NCBI GenBank assembly: GCA_050178385.1
Contig: JBFXGD010000002.1
Coordinates: forward strand, 842-64,841
Direction: 5' to 3'
Length of the DNA stretch: 64,000 bases
Source: Calditrichaceae bacterium
Lineage (GTDB): Bacteria; Calditrichota; Calditrichia; Calditrichales; JBFXGD01
This document shows positions 16,864 through 26,696 of this stretch, one piece after another. The position numbers and the translations under genes were made by a program. The stretch's first letter is position 1. The number at the start of each line of letters is the position of its first letter. The notes under the pieces were generated by a model. It did no database searches. It was not told the origin of the DNA and saw only the letters and a program-made list of their open reading frames with translations.

Positions 16864-18291
16864 ATGCAAAAGTTGACAGCAAAAGAACGCATGAAAATAG
16901 CCCGGCATCCTATGGTTGAACAGGATCATCTGGAACGGGGACATAATTTCAAAGAGGTAAACCTCGGATATACCACTCAGATGGCACAGGAAGAGGCGTT
17001 AAGATGTTTACAATGCGCGAAGCCGACATGTGTACAGGGGTGTCCGGTTAATATACAAATTAAGGATTTTGTTACTCTGATCGCGGAAGGTGATTTTATT
17101 GGTGCCGTGCACAAAATTAAAGAAGACAACGCTCTCCCCGCGATTTGCGGACGTGTTTGTCCTCAGGAAGAGCAGTGTGAGCAGGTTTGTGTCGTGGCGA
17201 AGAGAGGCGAACCTGTTGCCATTGGAAATCTGGAACGGTTTGTGGCTGATTATGAAAGAACAAGCGGGAAAGTCGAACTGCCGAAAGTGGGAGCTCCAAC
17301 TGGGAAAAAAGTTGCTATAGTTGGCAGCGGTCCGGCCGGATTGAGCTGCGCTAAAGATATGATTCAGATGGGACATAAAGTGACCGTATTCGAAGCGCTC
17401 CATGAGTTGGGCGGGGTGCTGGTCTATGGAATTCCGGAATTTCGTCTGCCGAAAGATATCGTGCGGCAGGAAATCGAAGGTCTACAAAAAATGGGCGTTG
17501 AGTTTGTTACCGATGCCGTAATCGGAAGGACAACCACTATCGATGAACTCATGGAAGAAGAAGGGTATGACTCCGTGTTTGTTGGCGTGGGCGCCGGACT
17601 GCCATGGTTTCTTGGAATTCCTGGTGAAAATCTGATCGGAGTTTATTCGGCAAATGAATTTCTTACCCGTGTTAATTTGATGAAGGCGTACGATTTTCCA
17701 AATTTCGATTCGCCTGTTTTGGATTGCAAAGATAAGAATATTGCTGTTTTCGGTGGTGGCAACACCGCGATGGACTCAGTACGCACCGCGCTCAGGTTAG
17801 GAGCGAAAAACGCTTATATTGTATATCGCCGTTCTGACAAGGAAATGCCGGCACGCGCTGAGGAAGTAAAACATGCCAAGGAAGAGGGAATCCAGTTTCT
17901 GATGCTGACGAGTCCGCTTGAATTTGTCGGGGACGAAAGCGGCTGGCTGAATTCCATGAGATGCATCAAAATGGAACTTGGTGAACCTGATGCATCGGGC
18001 CGGCGGCGTCCGGTACCCATTGAAGATTCAGAGTTCGTTATGGAAATTGATTTGGCAATTATCGCTATCGGAAATGGATCAAATCCCCTTATCAAACAAA
18101 CTTCACCCGAAATAGAATTCACAAAACGCGGCACGATCGCCGTTGATAGTGAGACAATGAAAACATCCAAAAAAGGCGTGTTCGCCGGCGGGGATATCGT
18201 AACCGGCGGGGCAACAGTCATTCTGGCGATGGGGGCCGGCAGAAAAGCCGCGGCCGCCATGAATGATTTTATGAATAACGGCGATTGGTAA
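16864..18291 (+). CDS. nfnB: NfnB / glutamate synthase small-chain-like (GltD/SudA family) FAD/NAD(P) oxidoreductase
   Basis: N-terminal FeS motifs CLQCAKPTCVQGCP and CGRVCPQEEQCEQVC. Dinucleotide folds VAIVGSGPAGLSCA and VFGGGNTAMD. C-terminal GVFAGGDIVTGGATVI. Confidence 0.88.
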   Translation: MQKLTAKERMKIARHPMVEQDHLERGHNFKEVNLGYTTQMAQEEALRCLQCAKPTCVQGCPVNIQIKDFVTLIAEGDFIGAVHKIKEDNALPAICGRVCPQEEQCEQVCVVAKRGEPVAIGNLERFVADYERTSGKVELPKVGAPTGKKVAIVGSGPAGLSCAKDMIQMGHKVTVFEALHELGGVLVYGIPEFRLPKDIVRQEIEGLQKMGVEFVTDAVIGRTTTIDELMEEEGYDSVFVGVGAGLPWFLGIPGENLIGVYSANEFLTRVNLMKAYDFPNFDSPVLDCKDKNIAVFGGGNTAMDSVRTALRLGAKNAYIVYRRSDKEMPARAEEVKHAKEEGIQFLMLTSPLEFVGDESGWLNSMRCIKMELGEPDASGRRRPVPIEDSEFVMEIDLAIIAIGNGSNPLIKQTSPEIEFTKRGTIAVDSETMKTSKKGVFAGGDIVTGGATVILAMGAGRKAAAAMNDFMNNGDW

Positions 18292-18305
18292 ATCACAAAA
18301 ATATA

Positions 18306-18344
18306 AACAGGGTAATTGAAAATTGATTGCCCTGTTTTTTTTTT
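18306..18344 (+). terminator. Intrinsic terminator after nfnB
   Basis: AACAGGGTAAT / ATTGCCCTGTT stem (one G-U pair), 9-nt loop, followed by a T10 run. Confidence 0.8.
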
Positions 18345-18487
18345 CTTCATTTGAATGAAAATATCATTTATTGCTTTGCATATACACAGAGGTTATATTT
18401 TTCTATCGTGTTATCTTCTTTGAAATCAATAATCCGGTATTACAACTATATTATTTTTCATCGTTTTAAAGTAAAAGGAGATCAGAA

Positions 18488-19444
18488 ATGTTAAACAAAA
18501 TTGCAGTTGTTGGCGGCGGGAATATCGGCGGCGTGCTGGTACAGGAAATCGTCCGGCGTCGTCTGGCGCGAACTGTTGCCCTCGTCGATGTGAAAGAGCC
18601 TGAGCTCGCTAAAGGGAAAACCCTGGATATCTCAGAGGGTTGTCCGGTTATCTCATCTGATATCAAAGTCATAGGGTCAAAAGAGTATGATGTGATAAAA
18701 GATGCCGAAATGGTCATCAATACTGCCGGTGTGCCACGCGCTGCCCGTCCGGACGGCACTCTTCCTACAAGAGAAGAACTTTTAGCGACCAATCTAAAGA
18801 TTACTGATTTTGTCAGCGCCGGAATTGGCAAGTATTGCCCCAAAGCGATGGTCATTTCTATAGCAAATCCGCTTGACGCAATCGTATATCGATTGAATAT
18901 GAACCTCAAGCCTGATCGCAAACGCATGATCGGTATGGCCGGTGTTTTGGATTCTGCCCGCTATCGCTATTTTATTGCCGAAGAAGCCGGTGTGAGTGTT
19001 GAAAATGTTGAGGCAATCGTATTGGGTGGACATGGTGACGATATGCTTCCGATACGCTCCGCATGCAGGATTGCAGGTATGCCCGTCGAGAAATTTGTAT
19101 CTTCGGAAAAACTGGATGCGATTGAGGCAAGAACCCGCAAAGCGGGCGGTGAAGTTGTAAAACTTCTGGGCTCCGGTTCCGCTTTTGTCTCACCTGCCTG
19201 GAGTGCTCTTGAGATGGCGGAAGCGATTATATTTGACAAAAAGAAAATTATGGCGGTTAGTGCGCTTCTGAATGGTGAATACGGAGTAAAAGGTCTGTTT
19301 ATAGGTGTTCCTGCAATTCTGGGCGCAAACGGTGTGGAAAAAATAATTGAGATGGATTTAACCGCTAAAGAAAAAGAAGCCTTCGCGAAGTCTGTTGAGT
19401 CGGTTCAGAAAACCGCGAATGAAGTTGTCTCAATGACTAAATAA
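18488..19444 (+). CDS. mdh: Malate dehydrogenase (LDH-like MDH family)
   Basis: KIAVVGGGNIGG Rossmann motif. TAGVPR, IANPLD and GGHGDDMLP (catalytic His) motifs. Confidence 0.93.
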   Translation: MLNKIAVVGGGNIGGVLVQEIVRRRLARTVALVDVKEPELAKGKTLDISEGCPVISSDIKVIGSKEYDVIKDAEMVINTAGVPRAARPDGTLPTREELLATNLKITDFVSAGIGKYCPKAMVISIANPLDAIVYRLNMNLKPDRKRMIGMAGVLDSARYRYFIAEEAGVSVENVEAIVLGGHGDDMLPIRSACRIAGMPVEKFVSSEKLDAIEARTRKAGGEVVKLLGSGSAFVSPAWSALEMAEAIIFDKKKIMAVSALLNGEYGVKGLFIGVPAILGANGVEKIIEMDLTAKEKEAFAKSVESVQKTANEVVSMTK

Positions 19445-19458
19445 TTAAAATATTAAAA

Positions 19459-19488
19459 AGGAATCCGGCTTACGGGTTCCTTTTTTTT
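19459..19488 (+). terminator. Intrinsic terminator after mdh
   Basis: GGAATCCG / CGGGTTCC stem (one G-U pair), 5-nt loop, T8 run at 19481-19488. Confidence 0.8.
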
Positions 19489-19608
19489 AGAAATACTGAC
19501 CGTTTCCCAGGCAATAAATTTCGGCTGACATACTCTCAGTTTCCGAAATGGAATCATGCAAAAAAAACCAGCCTTTCCCCAAAAATCCAGATATATTAAT
19601 CCGGAGAA

Positions 19609-20298
19609 ATGACAATGCGATTGATATCGGATGTACTGGAATCTCTGAGTAATATGGAAGATCCGGTACATGCAGAACGTCATCGCGCATATCATAAAAG
19701 CAATTTAAAATTTTACGGATTAAAAGTGCCGGTAATGCGCAAAATAGCAAAAAAAGCCGGAAAATCAATTTCCGGCAGGGATGACCTGCTTGAATTTTTT
19801 CGGCAATTGTGGACACTGGAATCTTTTGAAACAAGATCAATAGCAGTTTTTGCAATGATCAACCATATTGATTTTCTTGTAAGTGACGATTTTCATCTCT
19901 TCTATCCGGTTTTCCGGAAATGTGACGGCTGGGCGTTGACCGATTATCTTGCTACCGGTGTACTGGGTGAATTTTTATGGAAGTACAATTCCTATAGTAA
20001 AAATGTTGATGTGTGGAAATCCGATGATTGTCTATGGGTAAGACGGGCGGGTATTCTCCGTTTTATATCCCAGGCAAGGCACGAGTCTCTCTGGTCAAAA
20101 GAAATGGAAAATATTTTTAGTTTTCATCTTAAAGAAGAGAATTTTTTTATAAGAAAAGCAATCGGGTGGACTCTTAGGGAATGGGCAAAAAATCAGCCAA
20201 CTAAGGTCATGGAATATGTTGAAAAGAACAAAACTTTGATGAGTGGTCTGACATACAGGGAGGCTACAAAGCATATTGTCCGGAATGGCGGGAAATAG
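19609..20298 (+). CDS. DNA alkylation repair enzyme family protein (AlkD-like HEAT repeats)
   Basis: N-terminal pattern L..L....DP..AE....Y.KS...FYGLKVP..RKIAK and later W...D.WV.RRAGIL...........F.RKAIGW.LRE are typical of the PF08713-type family. Confidence 0.75.
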   Translation: MTMRLISDVLESLSNMEDPVHAERHRAYHKSNLKFYGLKVPVMRKIAKKAGKSISGRDDLLEFFRQLWTLESFETRSIAVFAMINHIDFLVSDDFHLFYPVFRKCDGWALTDYLATGVLGEFLWKYNSYSKNVDVWKSDDCLWVRRAGILRFISQARHESLWSKEMENIFSFHLKEENFFIRKAIGWTLREWAKNQPTKVMEYVEKNKTLMSGLTYREATKHIVRNGGK

Positions 20299-20412
20299 GA
20301 TCCGCGTGGATTTCCCGGAACTACAATTGTCAGCAATCAATTTTTATTTTGCTCAGAATTTATTAAATTTCAAGACAGATGGTTCGTATAACTATAAATT
20401 TTGGAGGTTTAT

Positions 20413-21090
20413 ATGATCAAATTGACCTATCTGAGTCATTCAGCATGGATGATAGAGACGGATCAGTATAAAATTGCCATAGATCCGTTTCTCGATGGAA
20501 ATCCAATGGCAAAATCAAAACCTTCCGACATCAAAGCCGATTTTATTATTGTTACCCATGCGCATGGCGATCATCTCGGGGACGCGATACCCATGGCAAA
20601 AGCGTCAAACGGAACCATTATATCAAATTTTGAGATTGTTAATTATTGCAGTTCCAAAGGCGCGAACGCTCATCCCATGCATATCGGAGGAGCTCATGAA
20701 TTCCCGTTTGGAAAAGTGAAGTTAACCCCCGCGTGGCATGGATCCTCATTCCCGGATGGCACATACGGCGGAACTCCCGCGGGATGTCTGTTGATGATCG
20801 ATGGCAAAACAATCTACCATACAGGAGATACCGGTCTGTTTCTGGATATGAAACTCATCGGAGAAATGAATCCTGTCGATGTCATGCTCGTCAGCATCGG
20901 CGATAATTTTACCATGGGAATTGATGACGCGGTTAAAGCAGTTGAGTTTGTAAAGCCAAAACTTGTAATTCCTATGCACTATAAGACATTTGACGTGATC
21001 GACGTTGATCCCGCGGAATTCGCGGACAAGATTAATTCAAAGGGGTTTTCGGCCAAAATTCTCGGTATCGGCGAGAGTCACCAAATATGA
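20413..21090 (+). CDS. UPF0173 metal-dependent hydrolase (metallo-beta-lactamase fold)
   Basis: MIKLTYLSHSAWMIE..IDPFLDGNP..THAHGDHLGD. Start placed at the ATG at 20413, preceded by GGAGG; the ORF track begins at the upstream TTG at 20401. Confidence 0.85.
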   Translation: MIKLTYLSHSAWMIETDQYKIAIDPFLDGNPMAKSKPSDIKADFIIVTHAHGDHLGDAIPMAKASNGTIISNFEIVNYCSSKGANAHPMHIGGAHEFPFGKVKLTPAWHGSSFPDGTYGGTPAGCLLMIDGKTIYHTGDTGLFLDMKLIGEMNPVDVMLVSIGDNFTMGIDDAVKAVEFVKPKLVIPMHYKTFDVIDVDPAEFADKINSKGFSAKILGIGESHQI

Positions 21091-21138
21091 TAATTTAGAT
21101 GGCGCCTGTGATGCAGGACAGGCGTCTCTCATTTCCGG

Positions 21139-21843
21139 ATGAAGAATTTTTTTATGACTGACACGCAGCTTCAAAGTTTGATGACAGAACAATATCAGTT
21201 CAATTTTCCGACTAAAAAGTACCGGTTAAAAGCAGAGTTCTATCCATCAAAATCCCTGCGTCATACTATCAGCTTGCGCTCCGGTCAAATTTTAATCAGA
21301 ATTTCCGAGACATTCAAATCAGTACCCGAAGAGATACTTGGTCTTCTCGGCATTATTTTGCTTGCAAAAATATTCAGGTATAAAGTTGAAAGGGATATCA
21401 ACCGCAAATACCGGGAATATGTTCGTGAATATATTTTGCCGCAGCACCCGGTTAATGAGCGTCGGCCGTCTGTCAAATATACAGCTGCAGGAAAATTTTA
21501 TGATCTTAATGAGATATTCAACAGCATAAATTCACAATTTTTTGAGAATAAGATACAAAAACCGGTACTTGGATGGAGTTTAAACAAAAGTTACGGGCGG
21601 CTGGGATTTTATTCGGACGCGAGAAATCTTCTGGTCATCAGCCGAATATTTGATTCCCGAAAAGCTCCTTTGCAGGTGGTCAGATATCTGATGTACCACG
21701 AGATGTTGCATATTTACCTGCCGGCCAGAATAGTCAACGGTCGAAAGTTGGTTCATACCGAGAGATTCAGAAAACTGGAAAGACAATTTCCTGATTTTGA
21801 GAACATTCAAAAATGGATTACCGGGAAACGATACAGGCTGTAA
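21139..21843 (+). CDS. SprT-like / DUF45-like zinc metallopeptidase domain protein
   Basis: HEMLH zinc motif in the context YLMYHEMLHIYLP, followed by HTERFRKLERQFP. Preceded by an SprT-like segment (FNSINSQFFENKI..VLGWS..SYGRLGFY). Confidence 0.55.
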   Translation: MKNFFMTDTQLQSLMTEQYQFNFPTKKYRLKAEFYPSKSLRHTISLRSGQILIRISETFKSVPEEILGLLGIILLAKIFRYKVERDINRKYREYVREYILPQHPVNERRPSVKYTAAGKFYDLNEIFNSINSQFFENKIQKPVLGWSLNKSYGRLGFYSDARNLLVISRIFDSRKAPLQVVRYLMYHEMLHIYLPARIVNGRKLVHTERFRKLERQFPDFENIQKWITGKRYRL

Positions 21844-22076
21844 AGATATAATTGTAACTTTAATTTTTTCAAATAATACGAGCTCAAGGTGTTGTCGGGA
21901 TATGATATTTTTGTTGCAAACAAAAAATGAATTTCTTACTTTTTATACTTATGTAATCGGGAGCTTTAGGATAAAGCGCGCAGGATATTTCGATATTTCG
22001 GAATGCAAAATCGAATTTACCTGAAGTTAAAATAAATCTATACATAAAAAAGAGAACCGTAGTAAAGGAGGCAACA

Positions 22077-24146
22077 TTGAAGGCTTTCCAGACTGAACAA
22101 ATCCGCAACATTGCTTTTGGGGCGCATGGAGGCGCGGGCAAAACCACACTTGTTGAGGCTATGCTGTTTGACCTGAAAGAGACTACAAGAATCGGAACTA
22201 TTGATCAGGGTTCGACAATCTCGGATTACAATGAAGATGAAATCAAAAGGCAAATATCACTCAATACGTCATTACTGCACGGAGTTTGGAAAGACCGCAA
22301 AATCAATATTATTGATACTCCCGGATATTCTGACTTTTTCGGTGAAGTAGTTGGGTCGATGAAAGCAGCCGATACGGTTTTTGTGGTGGTCTCCGCAAGC
22401 TCCGGTGTCGAAGTGGGTACTGAGATGGTATGGAATGAAGCAGAAAAGAATAAACTCCCCCGATTTATCATTTTGAATAAACTGGATCGTGAAAATATTA
22501 ATTTTGATTCTGTATTTGAAGGGCTCGTGGAAAGTCTTGGGCACAAGGCGGTACTGGCGCAATTTCCCGTTGAAACAGGACCTAATTTTGACCGGATCGT
22601 CGACCTGTTCAGAATGAAGGTTTTAAATTATGCAAAAGATGGAAGCGGTGAATATAAGGAAGAAGATATTCCGGATGGATTGAAAGAAAAAGCGAACGAA
22701 CTCCATCTCAAACTGGTTGAGGCCGTGGCGGAGAGCGATGATTCGCTGATGGAAAAATATTTTGAAGCAGGAACACTAAGTGAAGATGAATTCATTGTCG
22801 GTTTTAAAAAAGCGGTTGCAAATGATGAAGTTTACCCGGTGTTTTGTGTGTCGGCGACGGAAAATATAGGTGTTAAAAGGCTGCTCGATGTGATTGTTAA
22901 TTTCTGTCCTGCGCCGAACGAACACGGAGACAAAACGACGAAAGACGAAAAGACGGTAAAAGTCAGCTCTGCAGATCCCGTTTCGGCATTTATCTTTAAG
23001 ACTATATCTGAGCTGCATGTTGGAGAGCTTTCATATTTTAAAGTAATGTCCGGCACTTTAAAAACAGGGGATGACGTTATGAATACATCCCGGGATCATA
23101 TCGAGAGAATTGGTCAGATTTTTATTCTGAACGGTAAAAACAAGAAGAATATTGAGGAGCTCCATGCCGGGGATATCGGCGCGCTTGTAAAACTCAAAAA
23201 GACACATACCAGTGATACACTTGCGGCAAAAGAAAGACCTGTTGTGTTTCCTGTGATAGATTTTCCGGAACCGATTATCCGGGGCGCGATCAGACCGAAA
23301 GCAAAAGGTGATGAGGATAAAATTGGTCAAGGCCTGCATATACTTCATGAAGAAGATCCGACCTTTGTTTACCACCAGGATCCGGAACTGCATCAAACGA
23401 TCATATCAGGACAGGGCGAACTCCATCTCGCGATTATTTTACAGCGCCTGAAACAGAGATTCGGAGTGGAAGTTGAAGAAGAGGAGCCAAGAATACCATA
23501 TCGCGAAACAATAAAGGGGAAAGCCGAAGCCCAGGGTAAATATAAAAAACAATCCGGTGGCAGAGGCCAATACGGAGATTGCCATTTGAAAATTGAACCA
23601 ATGACCAGGGGTGAAAAATTTGAATTTGTTAATGCGATTGTCGGCGGTGTAATTCCCGGAAAATATATCCCCGCTGTCGAGAAGGGTGTCATTGAAATAA
23701 TGGAAAAAGGCGTGCTCGCGGGTTATCCGGTCGTTGACGTTCGTGTGGCTTGTTTTGACGGCAGTTATCATAATGTCGATTCATCTGAAATGGCATTTAA
23801 AATCGCGGCTTCCATGGGATTTAAAAAAGCGTTCCATGATGCTAAGCCGGTTTTGTTGGAGCCGATTTATTTACTGGAAGTCCGTGTTCCGGATGATTAT
23901 ATGGGTGATGTGATGGGTGATATCAGCAGCCGCCGCGGGAAAATTATGGGAATGGACAGTGACGGTAAATTTCAGGTAATTAAAGCGATGGTTCCTCTGG
24001 CAGAGTTATATAAATACTCAACCACATTACGGTCCATTACGCAGGGACGAGGAATTCATAAACGGACTTTCTCGCATTATGAGGATGTTCCGCCGGACAT
24101 CGCGGCTAAGATCATCTCTGAAGCAGAAAGTGAGAATGAAGAATAA
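22077..24146 (+). CDS. Elongation factor G paralogue (EF-G-like GTPase)
   Basis: 689 aa with the five-domain EF-G layout: G1 AHGGAGKTT, G3 DTPGYSDF, G4 NKLD, and domain IV/V motifs HNVDSSEMAFKIAA. TTG start at 22077, 6 nt after AAGGAGG. Confidence 0.9.
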   Translation: MKAFQTEQIRNIAFGAHGGAGKTTLVEAMLFDLKETTRIGTIDQGSTISDYNEDEIKRQISLNTSLLHGVWKDRKINIIDTPGYSDFFGEVVGSMKAADTVFVVVSASSGVEVGTEMVWNEAEKNKLPRFIILNKLDRENINFDSVFEGLVESLGHKAVLAQFPVETGPNFDRIVDLFRMKVLNYAKDGSGEYKEEDIPDGLKEKANELHLKLVEAVAESDDSLMEKYFEAGTLSEDEFIVGFKKAVANDEVYPVFCVSATENIGVKRLLDVIVNFCPAPNEHGDKTTKDEKTVKVSSADPVSAFIFKTISELHVGELSYFKVMSGTLKTGDDVMNTSRDHIERIGQIFILNGKNKKNIEELHAGDIGALVKLKKTHTSDTLAAKERPVVFPVIDFPEPIIRGAIRPKAKGDEDKIGQGLHILHEEDPTFVYHQDPELHQTIISGQGELHLAIILQRLKQRFGVEVEEEEPRIPYRETIKGKAEAQGKYKKQSGGRGQYGDCHLKIEPMTRGEKFEFVNAIVGGVIPGKYIPAVEKGVIEIMEKGVLAGYPVVDVRVACFDGSYHNVDSSEMAFKIAASMGFKKAFHDAKPVLLEPIYLLEVRVPDDYMGDVMGDISSRRGKIMGMDSDGKFQVIKAMVPLAELYKYSTTLRSITQGRGIHKRTFSHYEDVPPDIAAKIISEAESENEE

Positions 24147-24191
24147 TCTAGCTGTTGATATGAAGAAGCTATATTAATATTTAAAAATCTT

Positions 24192-24225
24192 AGCCCAATG
24201 CTGTTTAACGGTATTGGGCTATTTT
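24192..24225 (+). terminator. Probable intrinsic terminator after the EF-G paralogue
   Basis: AGCCCAAT / ATTGGGCT perfect 8-bp stem (24192-24199 and 24213-24220), followed by a weak ATTTTA tail. Confidence 0.5.
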
Positions 24226-24248
24226 ATCTTGAAAGGAAGGAACGATAA

Positions 24249-24749
24249 ATGAAACGGCTTTGGGCCCCGTGGAGAATGGAATATATTTTGAATGAAATTG
24301 ACAAATCGCCCGAGGGTTGTATCTTTTGTGATCTTCCCCCCCAGAAAGATGACCGGAAAAATTTGATTGTTTACAGGGCGGAAAAATGTTTTGTCATGCT
24401 AAATAAATTTCCATATAACAATGGACACCTGATGGTTGTGCCTTATTTGCATACAGGTAATATTTTGGATTTGGATGATGATATAATGCTTGATCTGCAA
24501 AAAGTCATTCAAATGGCTGTTAAAGTACTGGAAAATGAAATGAGTCCTCATGCTATGAACATCGGTATGAATCTGGGTCGCGTTGCAGGAGCGGGAATTG
24601 TCGATCATCTGCACTATCATATCGTGCCCCGGTGGGATGGCGACACAAATTTTATGCCTGTAATAAGCGATACGAAAGTGATTTCGGAGTCCCTGACCGT
24701 AAGCCGGGACAAGCTGCACAACGGATTTAAAAAAATATCAGATCAATAA
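24249..24749 (+). CDS. HIT family protein (Ap4A phosphorylase/GalT-branch-like)
   Basis: WAPWRMEYI N-terminus, CIFC motif, and histidine triad HLHYHIVPRW. Confidence 0.85.
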   Translation: MKRLWAPWRMEYILNEIDKSPEGCIFCDLPPQKDDRKNLIVYRAEKCFVMLNKFPYNNGHLMVVPYLHTGNILDLDDDIMLDLQKVIQMAVKVLENEMSPHAMNIGMNLGRVAGAGIVDHLHYHIVPRWDGDTNFMPVISDTKVISESLTVSRDKLHNGFKKISDQ

Positions 24750-24765
24750 TTTTCCGGGGATCAGG

Positions 24766-25995
24766 ATGAGTGTACTTATAAAAAATATCGGGAAAATATA
24801 TACTCCGGTTTCCGGAGAAAAATACGGTACCGTTCTGGAAATAGAGAATTGTCACCTGCTGATCGAAAATCAGAAGATTTCCAAAATCTATATCAAAAGC
24901 ACCAATTTGCCGGATGTAAATATGGTGATCGACGCCCATGGTAAAACTGTCCTGCCGGGCTTTGTAGATTCTCACACACATCCTGTTTTCTGGATGACGC
25001 GCGAAGATGAATTTATTATGCGGATTCAGGGAAAAAGTTATGAGGAAATTGCCGAAGCGGGAGGGGGCATCAGAAACAGCGTCAGAAGATTCCGTGAGGC
25101 CGATAAGACCCGGATAAAAGAGGTGACAAAGCACAGAATTAACCGTTTCCTTGAGTACGGGACAACAACAATAGAAGCGAAAAGCGGTTACGGTCTGTCT
25201 ACGGCGGATGAAATTAAATCTCTTGAAATCATAAAGGAACTGTCATCAGAGCAGGATCTGGAAATGATTCCCACTTTTCTCGGCGCTCATGAAATTCCCG
25301 ATGAGTATCAGACAAATCGTAAGGCATATATCGATATCGTAATAAAGGAAATGATACCTCTGGTAGCAAAACAAAAATTAGCGGTTTTCTGCGATGTATT
25401 CTGCGAAAAAGGTGTTTTTACGGTTGATGAAAGCAGGGCAATACTGGTCGCAGCAAAGGACTACGGATTGATGCCCAAAATTCATGCTGACGAACTTTCC
25501 GCATTTGGTGGCGGAGAATTAGCCGCGGAAGTCGGTGCTGTTTCGGCGGATCATCTTGTGAAGGTATCAGATAAGGGAATAAAAGATATGGCTGAGCAGG
25601 GTGTGATTCCCATATTGCTTCCGGGGACAACATTTTTTCTCCGTAAGGATGAGTACGCTCCGGCGCGTAAAATGATTGACGCCGGGTGTGAGCCGGCGGT
25701 GGCGACTGATTTTAATCCAGGCAGTTCCGCCACTCAGAATATTCAATTGATGTGGACCATCGGGGCCTTAAAAATGGGGCTTTTGCCAAATGAACTTTTA
25801 TGGGCGACTACTGTGACAGCGGCAAAAGCGATAGGAATGGATGAGAAAATCGGATCTGTTGAAGAAGGAAAATTTGCCGATCTTATATTACTGGATATCC
25901 CAAATTTGAATTATCTACCTTATCATTATGGCATTAATCACACATATATGACTATCAAAAGAGGAAAAATCGTCTATCACAGAGGATCAAACTAA
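24766..25995 (+). CDS. hutI: Imidazolonepropionase
   Basis: PGFVDSHTHPVF, YEEIAEAGGGIRNSV, EAKSGYGL, HADE and DFNPGSS motifs. Confidence 0.9.
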   Translation: MSVLIKNIGKIYTPVSGEKYGTVLEIENCHLLIENQKISKIYIKSTNLPDVNMVIDAHGKTVLPGFVDSHTHPVFWMTREDEFIMRIQGKSYEEIAEAGGGIRNSVRRFREADKTRIKEVTKHRINRFLEYGTTTIEAKSGYGLSTADEIKSLEIIKELSSEQDLEMIPTFLGAHEIPDEYQTNRKAYIDIVIKEMIPLVAKQKLAVFCDVFCEKGVFTVDESRAILVAAKDYGLMPKIHADELSAFGGGELAAEVGAVSADHLVKVSDKGIKDMAEQGVIPILLPGTTFFLRKDEYAPARKMIDAGCEPAVATDFNPGSSATQNIQLMWTIGALKMGLLPNELLWATTVTAAKAIGMDEKIGSVEEGKFADLILLDIPNLNYLPYHYGINHTYMTIKRGKIVYHRGSN

Positions 25996-26111
25996 ATTTT
26001 CCGAATTTGTCTGTATTATTCAAGTCACGATAAAAGCGTACGATACTAATTATACAATCCAATTCATCCTGAAGTATTTTAATTTTTAATCCAAAAAGAA
26101 GGAATTATTCC

Positions 26112-26651
26112 ATGAGCATTGAGATGCGTATCAATGAGAGTGTTCTTCATTTGGAGAAAGGCGATATTACCGCGATGTCGGTAGATGCCATTGTTAATGC
26201 CGCAAATCAGCACCTGATTCTCGGTGGAGGCGTTGCGGGGGCAATTTCAACAAAAGGCGGACCCTCGATACAAGAGGAATGCAACAGAATCGGAGGAACT
26301 TATGTCGGTGGGGCGGTTATCACCGGCGGCGGTAATCTCCCGGTTAAAAAGGTTATCCACGCTGTGGGACCCAAAATGGGTGAAGGGGAAGAAGATACCA
26401 AATTAAAAAACGCCACAATGAACAGTCTGATTCTTGCAGAAACATATGGACTTGAGAGTATCGCTTTCCCGGCGATCAGTACCGGTATATTCGGATACCC
26501 GGTTGAACGGTGCGCGGAGATAATGCTCAGCGCGGCAATTGGATACCTGCAAAGACCGACCAAAATCAAAGATCTTTATTTCTGTCTGTGGAGCGATGCC
26601 GATTACACGGTCTTCCAAACAACGTTAGAGTCAAAAATGGAAAATTTATAA
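26112..26651 (+). CDS. Macro domain protein (O-acetyl-ADP-ribose deacetylase-like)
   Basis: GDITAMSVDAIVNAAN..L..GGGVAGAI and IAFPAISTGIFGYP macro-domain signatures. Confidence 0.9.
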   Translation: MSIEMRINESVLHLEKGDITAMSVDAIVNAANQHLILGGGVAGAISTKGGPSIQEECNRIGGTYVGGAVITGGGNLPVKKVIHAVGPKMGEGEEDTKLKNATMNSLILAETYGLESIAFPAISTGIFGYPVERCAEIMLSAAIGYLQRPTKIKDLYFCLWSDADYTVFQTTLESKMENL

Positions 26652-26696
26652 ATCACGAATCATGACCGGTGTTTTGAAAAAGGAAGATAAAAAATT

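Noticed and set aside
17814-18350. A 178-aa minus-strand ORF opposite nfnB, and a 131-aa ORF at 17008-17403.
   Set aside because: These are shadow ORFs inside a gene with unmistakable GltD/NfnB motifs. They are Ala/Pro/Ser-rich with no start context.
18466-18927. A 153-aa minus-strand ORF opposite mdh.
   Set aside because: It is antisense to a clear malate dehydrogenase gene. Its Arg/Ser/Thr-rich composition is typical of the reverse frame of a GC-richer gene.
22226-23771. A series of minus-strand ORFs of 74-112 aa opposite the EF-G paralogue.
   Set aside because: All are contained within the EF-G frame. They have no RBS and no recognisable domains.
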